From NCBI RefSeq assembly GCF_001194135.2, contig NC_068989.1, positions 83,395,631 to 83,450,653 of the forward strand: 55,023 nt of DNA, given 5' to 3'. Below, in pieces: positions 1 through 13,330 of this stretch. The stretch comes from Octopus bimaculoides. Taxonomy: Eukaryota. Under the pieces are notes generated by a model. The model was given only the letters and a program-made list of their open reading frames with translations, did not search any database and was not told the DNA's origin. A program made the position numbers and the translations under genes. Position 1 is the first letter of the stretch; each line of letters begins with the position of its first letter.

Positions 1-75
1 AACAACTATAAATAAATAAATAATTTCACTACCACCACTAACAGCGGCCTTCATCTGAGAATTGCTTACTCAAGC

Positions 76-148
76 TACAGGGACGTAAATACGCCAATAT
101 CGGTTGTCAAGCGATGGTGAGGGGACAGACACAGACTCACAAACATAT

Positions 149-179
<31 letters not shown>

Positions 180-340
180 CATATATACGACGGGCTTCTT
201 TCAGTTTCCGTCTACCAAATCCACTCAGAAGGCTTTGGTCGGCCCGAGGCTTCAGGAGAAGACACTCGCCCAAGGTGCCACGCAATGGGAGTGAACCGGA
301 ACCACGTGGTTGGGAAGCAAGCTTCTTACCACACAACCAC
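76..340 (-). mobile_element. SINE family A (tRNA head + CORE-like segment + internal microsatellite), 3'-truncated copy
   Basis: Reverse complement of the head GTGGTTGTGTGGTAAGAAGCTTGCTTCCCAACCAC... with A/B-box-like motifs; aligns by eye with the full copies at 13732, 26686 and 51698. Confidence 0.9.
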
Positions 341-352
341 GGCTTCGTCTAG

Positions 353-421
353 CAAAAGTAGCAAAGTAACTCAAGGTTTGAGAGTTTCGTGCGTTGGCAC
401 TTATGAAACTTTTGTTGGAAA
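353..421 (+). CDS. Candidate 69-nt internal exon (KSSKVTQGLRVSCVGTYETFVG), phase 2-2, unknown protein
   Basis: Weak TAG acceptor, strong donor AA|GTGAGT, open frame; no homology recognised. Confidence 0.2.
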
Positions 422-641
422 GTGAGTATGACAGGAGAAAGGGACGGATAGCATGTGCGAGTACGCGTGCGCACGTGTGTGTGGTGTGCATGTGTGTGTG
501 TTATTGTACGTCTGTTTCATACGCGTGACTTTAAGTGTAGATTGTGTTCTGAATGTACAGCGTCTGTCGCTTGCACATGTCGGGCGATGGCTTAACTGGT
601 AGAAACTTCGAAGTCCCAGTCTACAATATTCTTGTTTAACA

Positions 642-681
<40 letters not shown>

Positions 682-1757
682 NNNNNNNNNNNNNNNNNNN
701 NNNNNNNNNNNNNNNNNNNNNNNNNNNNNNNNNNNNNNNNNNNNNNNNNNNNNNNNNNNNNNNNNNNNNNNNNNNNNNNNNNNNNNNNNNNNNNNNNNNN
801 NNNNNNNNNNNNNNNNNNNNNNNNNNNNNNNNNNNNNNNNNNNNNNNNNNNNNNNNNNNNNNNNNNNNNNNNNNNNNNNNNNNNNNNNNNNNNNNNNNNN
901 NNNNNNNNNNNNNNNNNNNNNNNNNNNNNNNNNNNNNNNNNNNNNNNNNNNNNNNNNNNNNNNNNNNNNNNNNNNNNNNNNNNNNNNNNNNNNNNNNNNN
1001 NNNNNNNNNNNNNNNNNNNNNNNNNNNNNNNNNNNNNNNNNNNNNNNNNNNNNNNNNNNNNNNNNNNNNNNNNNNNNNNNNNNNNNNNNNNNNNNNNNNN
1101 NNNNNNNNNNNNNNNNNNNNNNNNNNNNNNNNNNNNNNNNNNNNNNNNNNNNNNNNNNNNNNNNNNNNNNNNNNNNNNNNNNNNNNNNNNNNNNNNNNNN
1201 NNNNNNNNNNNNNNNNNNNNNNNNNNNNNNNNNNNNNNNNNNNNNNNNNNNNNNNNNNTATATACACACATATATATAATATATTATATATGCATGTATG
1301 TAAACATACATGTGAAGTTTTCCCTTCTATTTCTTGACTGCTATTGTTATATACTAATCACCCATTTCCTTAATTAATTCAATAATTAATTACCTAATTA
1401 GACTGTAGCAGTAATTAGCCAACTTTATGAAAACAACTAAATACGGCGTGGACATGTAGTGAAAACTTTTTTTTTCCGTCAGACGATCCACAATCTCTGG
1501 CTGAGGTTCAAATCTTTGTCTGTCTTTCAATGAAAAAAACCAGTTACGCAGCATCTAAAAATAGCAGCTAGATCTTCTACAGATCGTTATTTCCTGGTTT
1601 ACTAAAAGAAGGATCAGTTGGGGAACGAGGTTCAAGGCCCGTTGACTTCAAAGAAAATGACTGAAAGACTGAATGTCCATGGCTGGAAGCTATTTGACCG
1701 AAGATTTGCAAAATCAGGGATAATCCAGCGCTAAAGAGCAATAATCTGTCAAAAATG

Positions 1758-1893
1758 TTCCTGCCACCTTCAGACTTTTCAGCTCGGTCGCCCAATCGTT
1801 CAGCCATTATCTAGCATAACATCCTATTTCTGATCAACCTCATCTTAGGCGAGTTACCGCCAATATAACTGGTGGTTTTACTAGTTAAAGCTG
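1758..1893 (+). repeat. Diverged ~135-bp interspersed/direct repeat, copy 1 (copy 2 at 3155-3292)
   Basis: TTCAGCCATTATCTAGC.TAACATCCTAT.TCTGA.CAA...TTAGGCGAGTTACCGCCAATATA shared by both copies. Confidence 0.8.
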
Positions 1894-2020
1894 AGGTAAA
1901 CGCCTACCACCATATTACATGACATTGGTGTAGTCCAAGATAGACAATAGTTTGAAAACTTTTCATCATAGGTTTGCTCAATCAGGGATGACCTGGACCT
2001 AAGCAACAACATAAACAACA

Positions 2021-2122
2021 GTAGCTTGCTTACCAGCCACATGGTTCCGGGTTCAGTCCCACTGCGTGGCACTCTGAGTGGATTTGGTAGGCGGAAACTG
2101 AAAGAAGCCCGTCGTATATATG

Positions 2123-2155
<33 letters not shown>

Positions 2156-2366
2156 TTCTGTGTGTGTTTGTCTCGCCAACATAGCTTGACAACCAATGCT
2201 GGTGTGTTTACGTCCCCGTAACTTAGCGTTTCGGCAAAAGAGACCGATAGAATAAGTACTAGGCTAACAATGAATAAGTCCTGGCGTCGATTTGTTCGAC
2301 TAAAGGCGGTGCTCCAGCACGGCTGCAGTCAAATGACTGAAACAAGTAAAAGAGTAAAAGAGTAAA
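2021..2366 (+). mobile_element. SINE family A, 5'-clipped, with internal deletion of the CORE-like segment
   Basis: Matches consensus; (TA)/(TG) internal microsatellite; AAAAGAGT tandem tail. Confidence 0.9.
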
Positions 2367-2417
2367 TTAAATTTCGATTTGTTGGTTGAAAAATGAATGA
2401 GTTAAAATAGTTTAAAT

Positions 2418-2771
2418 ATAGGCACAGGTGTAGCTGTGTGGTTAGAAGCTTGCTTCCCAACCACATGGTTCTGTATTCAGACCTACAGCATGGCACCTTA
2501 GGCAAGCGTCTTCTACTATAGCCTCAGACCGACCAAAGCCTTGTGAGTGGATTCGTAGACGGGAACTGAAAGTAACCCGTCGTATATCCATGTATACTTA
2601 TGCCTGTCTGTTTTGTGCATGTTTGATCCCTACCACCGCACGACAACTGGCGCTGGTGAGTCTATGTGACCGTAACTTAGCATTTGACAAAAGATAAGCA
2701 ATAGACTATGTTCCAGGCTATACTAAGTCCTGGGAGTCGATGGTCACAGAATAATAACGGAAACAAGTAAA
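2418..2771 (+). mobile_element. SINE family A, older diverged full-length copy
   Basis: ATAGGCACAGGTGTAGCTGTGTGG head through AAACAAGTAAA tail. Confidence 0.85.
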
Positions 2772-3154
2772 CGATAAACATTTTGTTTACTGTTAATTTC
2801 TTCGTAAATCAGTAACCACATTATTATTTATTTTAAAAAGAGTTGACTATAGCTCCACCTGCTGGTTGTTGCATAATACGAATGACGATATTCGTTATGA
2901 GCCTCTCAGACGACGGGACGAACAGAATCTGTGATCTTTATCGGTCTTCTTTACCTTAGCCTAACCTTAAAAAGATTAACGTTCCGAAAGTAGATTGGCA
3001 AATCCTGCATTTATTTCACTGCCAGCCTAATAACTCTTCCATCTTTCTGTAATTTCTGTTGAAGAGTAACAGTTTGAAGCTTTATATTTCCTATTCCTCA
3101 CGGTATTCGAACTTGTATATTCTCTCAAGACATTGTTAAAAGCTTGCCTACTCT

Positions 3155-3292
3155 TCCTGCCATCGTAAGACGTCTCTACGAGATGATCCAACCATTCAGC
3201 CATTATTATCTAGCGTAACATCCTATGTCTGACCAATCTTACATTAGGCGAGTTACCGCCAATATATATGACGGTTTCACTAGATAAACCTG
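3155..3292 (+). repeat. Diverged ~135-bp direct repeat, copy 2
   Basis: Aligns with 1758-1893. Confidence 0.8.
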
Positions 3293-3351
3293 AGCGCTTG
3301 TCTCATCCATCCGCACCCTTCATTTTTCTACAGTATATTGTAGTATTTAAC

Positions 3352-3645
3352 TGGCACTTCGTCGGTTACGACGTGAGTTTCATTTGTTCCCATCAACAGA
3401 ACAGCCTGCTCTTGAAGTTAACGTGCAAGTGGCTGAGCACGCCACAGGCACGAGTACACTTAACGCAGTTCTCAGGGAGATTCAGCGTGACAGAGAATAT
3501 GACAAGGCTGGCTCTTTGAATTACAAGTGTAACTCTTTCATGCCAGCTGAGTGAACTGGAACAACGTGAAATAAAGTGTCTTGCAAGGGATCGAACTCAC
3601 GACCTTATGACCGTGAGCCGAATACCCTAACCACTAAGCCACGCC
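3352..3645 (-). mobile_element. SINE family C (tRNA head GGCGTGGCTTAGTGG; body ending ...GACGGAGTGCCA)
   Basis: Reverse complement aligns with 21778-22158, 35699-36013 and 53572-53883. Confidence 0.85.
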
Positions 3646-4296
3646 TTCATATCGTGATATTACAGATGAACTGGAACCTCCGCCATTCAACCTATTCACA
3701 CAGCAATAGAATGTGAGCAAATCAAATCCGGCAACATTTTTTTTTTTTTTTATTCTTCATGAGCTTCAGTGAATTTGAATGAAAGATATTGATGACGAAT
3801 GCGATGAACGAGAATCAATTAAGACCTGTCCAAATTCTTCGCTGCATTTTAAAGCGATTCTGAGTTTTCAAAGCAATCCATCACATACAAAAAATGCTGA
3901 ATGACTAGCCGTAAAACACCTTTGATCCCAATTCTTTCCCCTTATAACTGACTTGAAACTAAACAACTAAGACAACAACAACACGCAGAGCAGATTACGG
4001 CAAAAAACACATCAAGATCCAAATTTATCCATGCCCTCAAAAATATAGAATAATGATGGAACATTCGGGTGCAATAAACAAAATTCTCGTGAAAACACAA
4101 CTGGATCGACATTTTTCTCTCGGACAAGAAACAAAAAGACATGCATTGTTTTAGGGGTCAACTGCCCTGAGAATTTCAATGTCTTCTGTAAAGTTGAGCA
4201 AAAAGGGAACATCTTTCGTAAATTAATGAGTAACCTACGACTCTTGCAACCCGGCGATATATTTTCATTTGTACCGAGTTAAAACCCGAAAATCTT

Positions 4297-4334
<38 letters not shown>

Positions 4335-4341
<7 letters not shown>

Positions 4342-4693
4342 CTAGTTTCAATCATTGGACTACGGCAGTGCTGGGGGCACCGTCTTGAAGAGTCTAGTGG
4401 AACAGTTTAAACCCATGACTATGTTTAAGTTTCCTTATTTTATCAGTCACTTCTTGCCGATCCGCTTCCTTACAGAGACGTAAAGAAACCAACAGCGATT
4501 GGCAAGCGTTAGAGTGGGACAAATAAACAGACACACACACACATGATGGGCTTCTTTCAGTTTCTGTCTAACTCGTCTATTCACAAGCTTTTGATCGGCT
4601 CGAAGATATAGAAGACATTTTCCCAAATTGCCACGCAGTGGAACCGAACCTAAACCATGTGGTTCGGAAGGAAACTTCTTACCACACAGCCAC
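4335..4693 (-). mobile_element. SINE family A, diverged copy whose tail abuts a (CT)n run
   Basis: Matches reverse complement of consensus. Confidence 0.85.
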
Positions 4694-5730
4694 GTTATGC
4701 ATTTGCAAGAACTAAACGGACTGGAATCTTCCAATCCAATTAATTAGTGGCACAAGGAAGGGGAAAAAAGATTATTTCGAGGAATTTTCATTTGTGCGTC
4801 GAACAAAAAACGTATAAGCTACATTACAAATATGCATACCGAGCATACACTCATATAACCCTAGATATATGCATTCACGCACGCATACACACATATAAAT
4901 ACACGTATACATATACACACATACCTTTCTGCTAAGACAAATATGTATATACATACATAAATATATATACACATTTACACACGGTTTTCTGCTAAGGCAG
5001 ATATATACGCTAACATTAGATCTCGCGCACACACACACACACAGTAACACATACATAAAATATAGTCACATTCACACATATACAAATGCATCTAAGAAAA
5101 TTAAGGACCCTCACATATTCACACATACACCCACGTGTGTGTGTGTACATATACATATATATGCATATATATATATATATATANNNNNNNNNNNNNNNNN
5201 NNNNNNNNNNNNNNNNNNNNNNNNNNNNNNNNNNNNNNNNNNNNNNNNNNNNNNNNNNNNNNNNNNNNNNNNNNNNNNNNNNNNNNNNNNNNNNNNNNNN
5301 NNNNNNNNNNNNNNNNNNNNNNNNNNNNNNNNNNNNNNNNNNNNNNNNNNNNNNNNNNNNNNNNNNNNNNNNNNNNNNNNNNNNNNNNNNNNNNNNNNNN
5401 NNNNNNNNNNNNNNNNNNNNNNNNNNNNNNNNNNNNNNNNNNNNNNNNNNNNNNNNNNNNNNNNNNNNNNNNNNNNNNNNNNNNNNNNNNNNNNNNNNNN
5501 NNNNNNNNNNNNNNNNNNNNNNNNNNNNNNNNNNNNNNNNNNNNNNNNNNNNNNNNNNNNNNNNNNNNNNNNNNNNNNNNNNNNNNNNNNNNNNNNNNNN
5601 NNNNNNNNNNNNNNNNNNNNNNNNNNNNNNNNNNNNNNNNNNNNNNNNNNNNNNNNNNNNNNNNNNNNNNNNNNNNNNNNNNNNNNNNNNNNNNNNNNNN
5701 NNNNNNNNNNNNNNNNNNNNNNNNNNNNNN

Positions 5731-5772
<42 letters not shown>

Positions 5773-5979
5773 ACACAGACACACACACACATATATATAT
5801 ACACAAATATATAAACGCATGCTCACACACATGCATAGCCTCACACAAATGTACACACAGTCTTCTATCTTACACTTCCAATTGTTTCTCGTTATATCTC
5901 GTAGTTTCACGTTCACATTCACCCAGTTAATGTTTTTATCTTGAGGCTATTATTGTTGCATACCATATAATCAATGAGG

Positions 5980-6760
5980 TTGTTTTTGTTTTTGGTGGTA
6001 TGGTGGCAAAGCATGGCATGATAGCAGAAGACGCTATGGTTGTAGTGGTAGTATTCTTGATGCTGGTGGAGGTAGTGAAAATGGTGGTGGCTTTGTAGCA
6101 TTAATGATGGTAGATGGTGTAACTGTTGCGGCGGTTGTGGTGGTGGTGGTGATGCTGGAAGTTGTAGTGGTGGTGGTGGTGGTGGTGGTGTTAGTGGTAG
6201 TGATGTTAGCTGTGGTAGCGGTAGTTGCGGTGGGGCTAATTGTGATGGTGGTGGTGGTGGTGGTGGTGAGGGTGGTGGTGGTAGTGGTGATNNNNNNNNN
6301 NNNNNNNATGTTAGCTGTGGTAGCGGTAGTTGCGGTGGGGCTAATTGTGATGGTGGTGGTGGTGGTGGTGGTGAGGGTGGTGGTGGTAGTGGTGATAGTA
6401 GTTGGAGCTGTGGTGCTGGTAGTCATGGTGGTAGCTGTGGTGATGGTAGTAGTTGTGGTGGTGGCGGTGGTGGTGGTAGTTGTGGTGGTGGCGGTAGTAA
6501 TTGTGATGGTCGTGGTGGTTGTGGTGATGGTGTTAGTGGTAGTGGTTGGAGCTGTGGTGATGGTAGTAGTTGTGGTGGTGGTAAATGTGATGGTCGTGGT
6601 GGTTGTGGTGGTAGTATTTGTAGTAGTGGTGGTAATGGTGATAGTTGTGATGGTCGTAGTTGTGTTGATGGTGGTGTTAGTGGTGTTAGTGGCGGTGTTA
6701 GTGGTGGTACATGTAGTGGTGGTTGTAGTAGTTGTGGTGGTAGTTCCTGCAGCAGTTTCG
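5980..6760. repeat. Degenerate (GGT/GTA/GAT)n trinucleotide low-complexity tract
   Basis: Direct inspection; gives spurious poly-V and poly-T ORFs. Confidence 0.95.
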
Positions 6761-7152
6761 GTGCTGCTTTGATGAATGCCGTGGCATCGGTGGTTGCCGA
6801 GAGTTTTATGATAGCGCAGTGATTAATGATGATGATGATGATGATTATGATGATGATGGTCACGACGACGTTATCGATACCGATGGCTTTCCTACTCATA
6901 TAATATAAGGAACTGGGTGCAGTTCATGTGAGAGAGTGTGTGAAAGCAGGAGTTGTTTTGTTTGTTTTGGGGTTTTTTTTTTTGCTGTATTCTTATCGTT
7001 CAAGAACAAATGGAGAAGGAGGAGAAGAAGAAGGAGCAGGGATGTGAGGCGGAGGTTATGGAACGCTTATACACAGCCATCCATTCATCTATTGATCTAA
7101 GAAGTCACGGGAGGAGGGTAGGGAAAGAGTTAAAGTGGAGACTGTGCAACCC

Positions 7153-7197
<45 letters not shown>

Positions 7198-7343
7198 CGC
7201 ACAATCCATTCATTCGTCTATTCAAACATGGAGGTATCTATTCATACAATATATTCATTTCATTAAGTTGAGGTCTTTCTGGGTGTCTATATGTCCTTTC
7301 TACTTCCGTTCCCTTTTATTCGCGGAATTTTTTTCCCGAAGTT

Positions 7344-7383
7344 TTACTACTACTACTACTGGTAGTAGTAGTAGTAGTAGTAA
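7344..7383. repeat. Inverted microsatellite (TAC)5-TG-(GTA)7, hairpin-forming
   Basis: TTACTACTACTACTAC TG GTAGTAGTAGTAGTAGTAGTAA. Confidence 0.9.
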
Positions 7384-7451
7384 GTGCTCCTTGCAGTTTG
7401 TTTTCCCTGTTTCTCTCCGTTTAGTTATCGTTGTATTCTCCAATCCAACAG

Positions 7452-7550
7452 GAATGGCTTCGACATTATGAAAATGCACGCGATTCAAAAATGGCGGTTT
7501 TCAATAACATTGCATAAACGGTTGCGTGAATTCCTTGCTTGCAAGTGCTC
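7452..7550 (+). CDS. Candidate 99-nt exon (NGFDIMKMHAIQKWRFSITLHKRLREFLACKC), phase 2-2
   Basis: Acceptor TCTCCAATCCAACAG, donor TC|GTATGT, open frame; also contains a YY1-type AAAATGGCGG motif, so it could be regulatory instead. Confidence 0.25.
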
Positions 7551-8216
7551 GTATGTCGTTTAAATGTGTGTGTGTGTGGGGGGGATTATTGTCTGTGTAC
7601 TTATGAGTAATAATATGCGTGTACGAGTGAATGTATATATCAATATGGTGAAGTCGATAAAAGAAAGAGCAGAAGAGAAATGAAAAGTATCAAGACAGAT
7701 GCATGACTCGATAGATAGATAAACAGATCGATAGATAAATAGATTGATTGATAGATATATAGAAGATTAGACAATGATAGATTGACATATATGTGTGTTT
7801 GTGTGTGGGAGGCATTATGTGAAGTGGGGGAGAGACAAAGAGATAAATAGATAAGCAACATTGTTATAAACGCTTAACGGTCTATTTAAGAGGTTTATCT
7901 AGGCAGAGTACTTCCTACTTATGTATTTCTCTCTGTGTTTTCTTCTTCTCCAGCTTCTGCACTCTATCGCTATCTCTTCTCTTCCCTCTCTCTCTCATAT
8001 CTAGTATTTATATAGGCGTTTATATCTAAGTATTTATTTGTATATGTGTACAGACACTGATATTCGTATGTATGTATTGCATTGTATTGTATTGTATTGT
8101 ATTGTATGCAGTTGACGCATCTCCGTGGCGCATCTCGACGTTTCAAGTGCTGTATGATCCCTGAGGAAACTTCATTAGGTAATATAGACACCTTTCAAAA
8201 CTTGATATACACAACA

Positions 8217-8562
8217 TACTCTTTTACTTGTTTCAGTCATTTGACTGCGGCCATGCTGGAGCACCGCCTTTGGTCGAGCAAATCGACCCCAGGACTTATT
8301 CTTTGGAAGCCTAGTACTTATTCTATCGGTCTCTTTTTGCCGAACCGCTATGTTACGGGGACGTAAACATACCAGCATCGGTTGTCAAGCGATGTTGTGG
8401 AGACAAACACAGACGCACAAACACACACATACACATATATATATATATATACGACGGGCTTCTTTCAGTTTCCGTCTACCAAATCCACTCACAAGGCTTT
8501 GGTCGGCCCGAGGCTATAGTAGAAGACACTTGCCCAAGGTGCCACGCAGTGGGACTGAACCC
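8217..8562 (-). mobile_element. SINE family A, young copy cut by an assembly gap
   Basis: Near-identical to 26686-27095 and 51698-52095. Confidence 0.95.
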
Positions 8563-9510
8563 NNNNNNNNNNNNNNNNNNNNNNNNNNNNNNNNNNNNNN
8601 NNNNNNNNNNNNNNNNNNNNNNNNNNNNNNNNNNNNNNNNNNNNNNNNNNNNNNNNNNNNNNNNNNNNNNNNNNNNNNNNNNNNNNNNNNNNNNNNNNNN
8701 NNNNNNNNNNNNNNNNNNNNNNNNNNNNNNNNNNNNNNNNNNNNNNNNNNNNNNNNNNNNNNNNNNNNNNNNNNNNNNNNNNNNNNNNNNNNNNNNNNNN
8801 NNNNNNNNNNNNNNNNNNNNNNNNNNNNNNNNNNNNNNNNNNNNNNNNNNNNNNNNNNNNNNNNNNNNNNNNNNNNNNNNNNNNNNNNNNNNNNNNNNNN
8901 NNNNNNNNNNNNNNNNNNNNNNNNNNNNNNNNNNNNNAAGTATTTTTCAGCATTTTTGCACAGGAAAGATGTAATATTTCATCTTTTAAATATATCATTC
9001 CAATATCAGATAACTTCGTATTCAAAATTGCTTAAACTACGAACTAGAAAAATATTTCAGAAGCATATATATATATATATATATATATGGTCATTCTCTT
9101 TACAATAATGAAATTGCTTTAAAGTGACCGGACCTGAAAAACATAACGACAATGTGAGATTTATATCTAGATAGATACATATGCCCCAGAGAGAATCTCG
9201 TCAAACCCACACATTCTATAGGGAATCGATTAGTTCGTATTGAACGTTTTCATCGGAATGTAACAACTATGTTACGTAAAAATATCATACTATACGTCAA
9301 ACTTCAAATAGCAAGATAAAGGAATTCACATAGACACGTACATACACACATAGATACATATATAAATGCATGAATGCATACATACGCTACATTTGCATCT
9401 ATATAAACATATGCATCTGAGTATGTATGCATATATGTAAGTTTGTGTATATATATACACATATATGTGCATGTATACATATATTTATGTTTGTGTGTAT
9501 GTGTGTATGA

Positions 9511-9566
<56 letters not shown>

Positions 9567-10158
9567 NNNNNNNNNNNNNNNNNNNNNNNNNNNNNNNNNN
9601 NNNNNNNNNNNNNNNNNNNNNNNNNNNNNNNNNNNNNNNNNNNNNNNNNNNNNNNNNNNNNNNNNNNNNNNNNNNNNNNNNNNNNNNNNNNNNNNNNNNN
9701 NNNNNNNNNNNNNNNNNNNNNNNNNNNNNNNNNNNNNNNNNNNNNNNNNNNNNNNNNNNNNNNNNNNNNNNNNNNNNNNNNNNNNNNNNNNNNNNNNNNN
9801 NNNNNNNNNNNNNNNNNNNNNNNNNNNNNNNNNNNNNNNNNNNNNNNNNNNNNNNNNNNNNNNNNNNNNNNNNNNNNNNNNNNNNNNNNNNNNNNNNNNN
9901 NNNNNNNNNNNNNNNNNNNNNNNNNNNNNNNNNNNNNNNNNNNNNNNNNNNNNNNNNNNNNNNNNNNNNNNNNNNNNNNNNNNNNNNNNNNNNNNNNNNN
10001 NNNNNNNNNNNNNNNNNNNNNNNNNNNNNNNNNNNNNNNNNNNNNNNNNNNNNNNNNNNNNNNNNNNNNNNNNNNNNNNNNNNNNNNNNNNNNNNNNNNN
10101 NNNNNNNNNNNNNNNNNNNNNNNNNNNNNNNNNNNNNNNNNNNNNNNNNNNNNNNNNN

Positions 10159-10362
10159 TATATTTGTGTGTCCGTGTTCGTTCCCTCACCATCACTTGAC
10201 AACCGATGTTGGTGTGTTTACGGCCCCGTAACTTATCGGTTCGATAGAAGAACTGGTAGAATACGCAACAAGATAACAAAGAATAAATCCAAGGGTCGAT
10301 TTTTTCGCCTAAAAAGGCGATGCACTTGCATGGCCACAGTCAAATGACTGAAACAAGTAAAA
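10159..10362 (+). mobile_element. SINE family A, 3' half (5' half probably lies in the preceding gap)
   Basis: TGTGTCCGTG...GACAACCGATGTTGGTGTGTTTAC...AAATGACTGAAACAAGTAAA. Confidence 0.85.
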
Positions 10363-10900
10363 TAATAATAAAAGTGCGTGCGTGTGCGTGTGCGTGTGCG
10401 TGCGTGTGCGTGTGTGTGTGTGTGTGTAGTAATAGGCTTTATGTATATATGTAATATAACAAATTCGTTGATATTCATATTCGTATCTAGTATGTCAGTC
10501 CCAGAAATTCCACCTCGCGATTAATTAACAACATGTGAGTGTTCGTCCCTCTTTCTGCATAGAACACAAATATTCTCAGATTCCCTGCAGCGAATCATTA
10601 ACACTGCATTTACTGTTCTTCAGTTTTTCTTTCCCACAACATGCATCATGTAATAATATACGACATTATGCAAGATAATGGTAAATAATACACCCGTTAA
10701 CCATCTTGTTATTCCAGCACCGCGCTTTAATATTCACCCATTTCCTATATCACCTTACTACTACGTAACGCTGTTGTATCGGTATTTACCTTATTTATAC
10801 AGATTTATACTGATTAATTTTAGCTCATTGCTACATGTATTTATTCTACATATATTTATATGTTTACGTTGGTATGTGCTGTTGTCTGCATAACAGTAAA

Positions 10901-10948
<48 letters not shown>

Positions 10949-11211
10949 TACATTTATATACACACATATATATATATATAGAGACATACATCTATGTATG
11001 TATATCATTTATAAAATCTCATACGCCCGCGTACATTTATAAAATCACATACGCGCGTACACACGTATATTCATATATGTGTACGCATGAATATACTTAT
11101 TAGTTATTCATTCGCCAAGTACAAATTATGTGTTATCTCCCACCCTCTCTCTTTACAATTACACACACATGTATAGGTACATTCAAACGTGTGAGTGTAT
11201 GTGTGTTTGTG

Positions 11212-11248
<37 letters not shown>

Positions 11249-11553
11249 CAATGTTAATTCTCTAAATGAAGTATTAACAGTAACTGCACGATAAAGTGTA
11301 GTATATTGCCACTTAAGTGTGGCTGACCCCTAGGGGTGGATGTTACTGTTGCTTTTAGCCCCAGGAGGACATCTCCTCCAGCTGGCTTATCGACACACCA
11401 TGGATCCCGAAGCACATAGAGCTATGAGTAGTTACATACTACTATTTATAATTTTATGTGTTCTTCGAGATCTACTGTTCCAATAAAGAATGATTTAACG
11501 TTTTTGTGAAAGTATATAGATTCTTATGACGTCAGCAAAAAATATATATATAT

Positions 11554-11608
<55 letters not shown>

Positions 11609-12589
11609 AAACGTATATATGTATGTATTTGCATACATAAGTGATGGTGGTGGGTAAATTTGTGGATGCATCAATATGCGAGAGTATATGATGTCTTACC
11701 CTCGGTTTGTGTATATAGCCATATGATCAAAATCATTCTGGCTGCTCTCTTTAGCGCTTCGATCGTCCATATAGAGGCTCTCACACAAAGAGTTTATATA
11801 GCGCAGGAGGTATAAATATATGTCATAAATGACAGAAATAGTTTGATGAAATTTTATTTAACAATAAGAAGATTCGGTTATCACGACAAATTGTTTCGTA
11901 ACTTAAAAACATGTAAGTAATTTATGACTCTATACACTCCTCATCGTTTTCTCTTGTATCGTAGCATATGTATATATTGCATGTTTTGTAGAATGATATA
12001 TTAAGGAGCCTTTTTATGAGAACTGATGTATGATAGAATCGAAAAAAAAAAATTGTAAAAAGTCGTAAAAATATAAAAGTTATGAGGGGCTTTATCACGT
12101 GATTACATAAGAACTCAGCCGAGTTTTGCTTCTGCTTCATTCGCTGGGTATGTGGGAAGACAGAATAAAGGGGCTTCTGTTAGTTTATCTCTCCGAAGAA
12201 ACAGCTCCCTTTGCTGTTGAATAAAATAAACTCGCAGAGGGGAAGTTTCAACGTCTTCCGTCAATTTCCTTACACCATTTATGTGGCTGTTTCTGACAAG
12301 AAATTTCATTTTCATGTAAAACAACTATATTTTGTAGTCATTCTCCGTAATCTACTCCAAAAACACTTCAGTAACTCTACTTTGCATTGCTTGCAAACTT
12401 ATATGTTCTAGGATCATTAAAGTGCAACGACATCCACAATAACCAGCCTTCAATTTGTTTTTCCGTTCCTAGGTTAATCGGAAACATAGATTGCCGCGTT
12501 ACTCATAAACCTTCAAGGTAGTTCAATTATTTGGTGAAAAAAATACCACCAAAGCAACTTAAACCATCCAAAGGACGAATGCGTTTGTT

Positions 12590-12655
<66 letters not shown>

Positions 12656-12737
12656 AAGATTGTGTGGGTATTTGTAACAATAAGCAGAGGTAGACGTAAT
12701 GAACATATTGCACTCATGTTTTGCTCCTTCTTTTCAG

Positions 12738-12822
12738 GGCTTTTCCATGCAGCGTTTATGTTTTAACCTCTCTTGATTCTGTCGAAATCGTAATGACACC
12801 CGAGATGCAACCGCTGACGAAG
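12738..12822 (+). CDS. Candidate 85-nt exon (AFPCSVYVLTSLDSVEIVMTPEMQPLTK), phase 2-0
   Basis: Strong acceptor TTTGCTCCTTCTTTTCAG, donor AAG|GTATAC, open frame. Confidence 0.3.
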
Positions 12823-13174
12823 GTATACATTTGCTGTTCTCGTTGACTGAAATGTTTGCATCTTGTGTTCTAAACAGTACTTGATTAAAATTCTAGTTCT
12901 CGTAGGGTTAAACCTGTTTACATGTTCTCTGTTTCCTGGTTTGGTTTGTGGCGGTTTTGTTGTATATATTATGCCATGCATTTGTATTGCGTGATTGTCC
13001 TTCGCAGGATTTCTAATTTTGGTAAGAGTTTAGGGGTTTCTAGTTTGTGGACACATGCACACGTCATCAGACAGATGGAAATAGATAGATAAATAGTTAT
13101 ATAGATAGAGAGGAAAATTAAATGAAATTAATATAATGATATCAAATTAAAATTTTAATCCAGAAAATCGCGAC

Positions 13175-13330
13175 TGACATCACCACCAACACCACCGTTT
13201 TCATCGGTCACACCACCCTCATCATCATTACCACCATCATCACCAACATCAGACTAATCACCATGGCCAGCAACACTATTGCCATCACCCTGATGAGCAC
13301 CAACCATCAAACTAAGCTTCATCATCACAA
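13175..13330. repeat. Degenerate (CAC/CAT)n tract
   Basis: Direct inspection. Confidence 0.8.

Noticed and set aside
1577-1807. Minus ORF with hydrophobic IFDRLLLFSAGLSLILQIF stretch resembling a channel helix
   Set aside because: Its start overlaps the repeat shared with 3155-3292, and no convincing splice sites bound it
6203-6396. Exact 89-bp direct repeat on both sides of a 16-N gap
   Set aside because: Typical unmerged contig overlap; probably an assembly artefact rather than a real duplication
6034-6899. Thr-rich mucin-like, Val-rich and Pro-rich ORFs
   Set aside because: All frames of a degenerate trinucleotide tract; no splice or domain support
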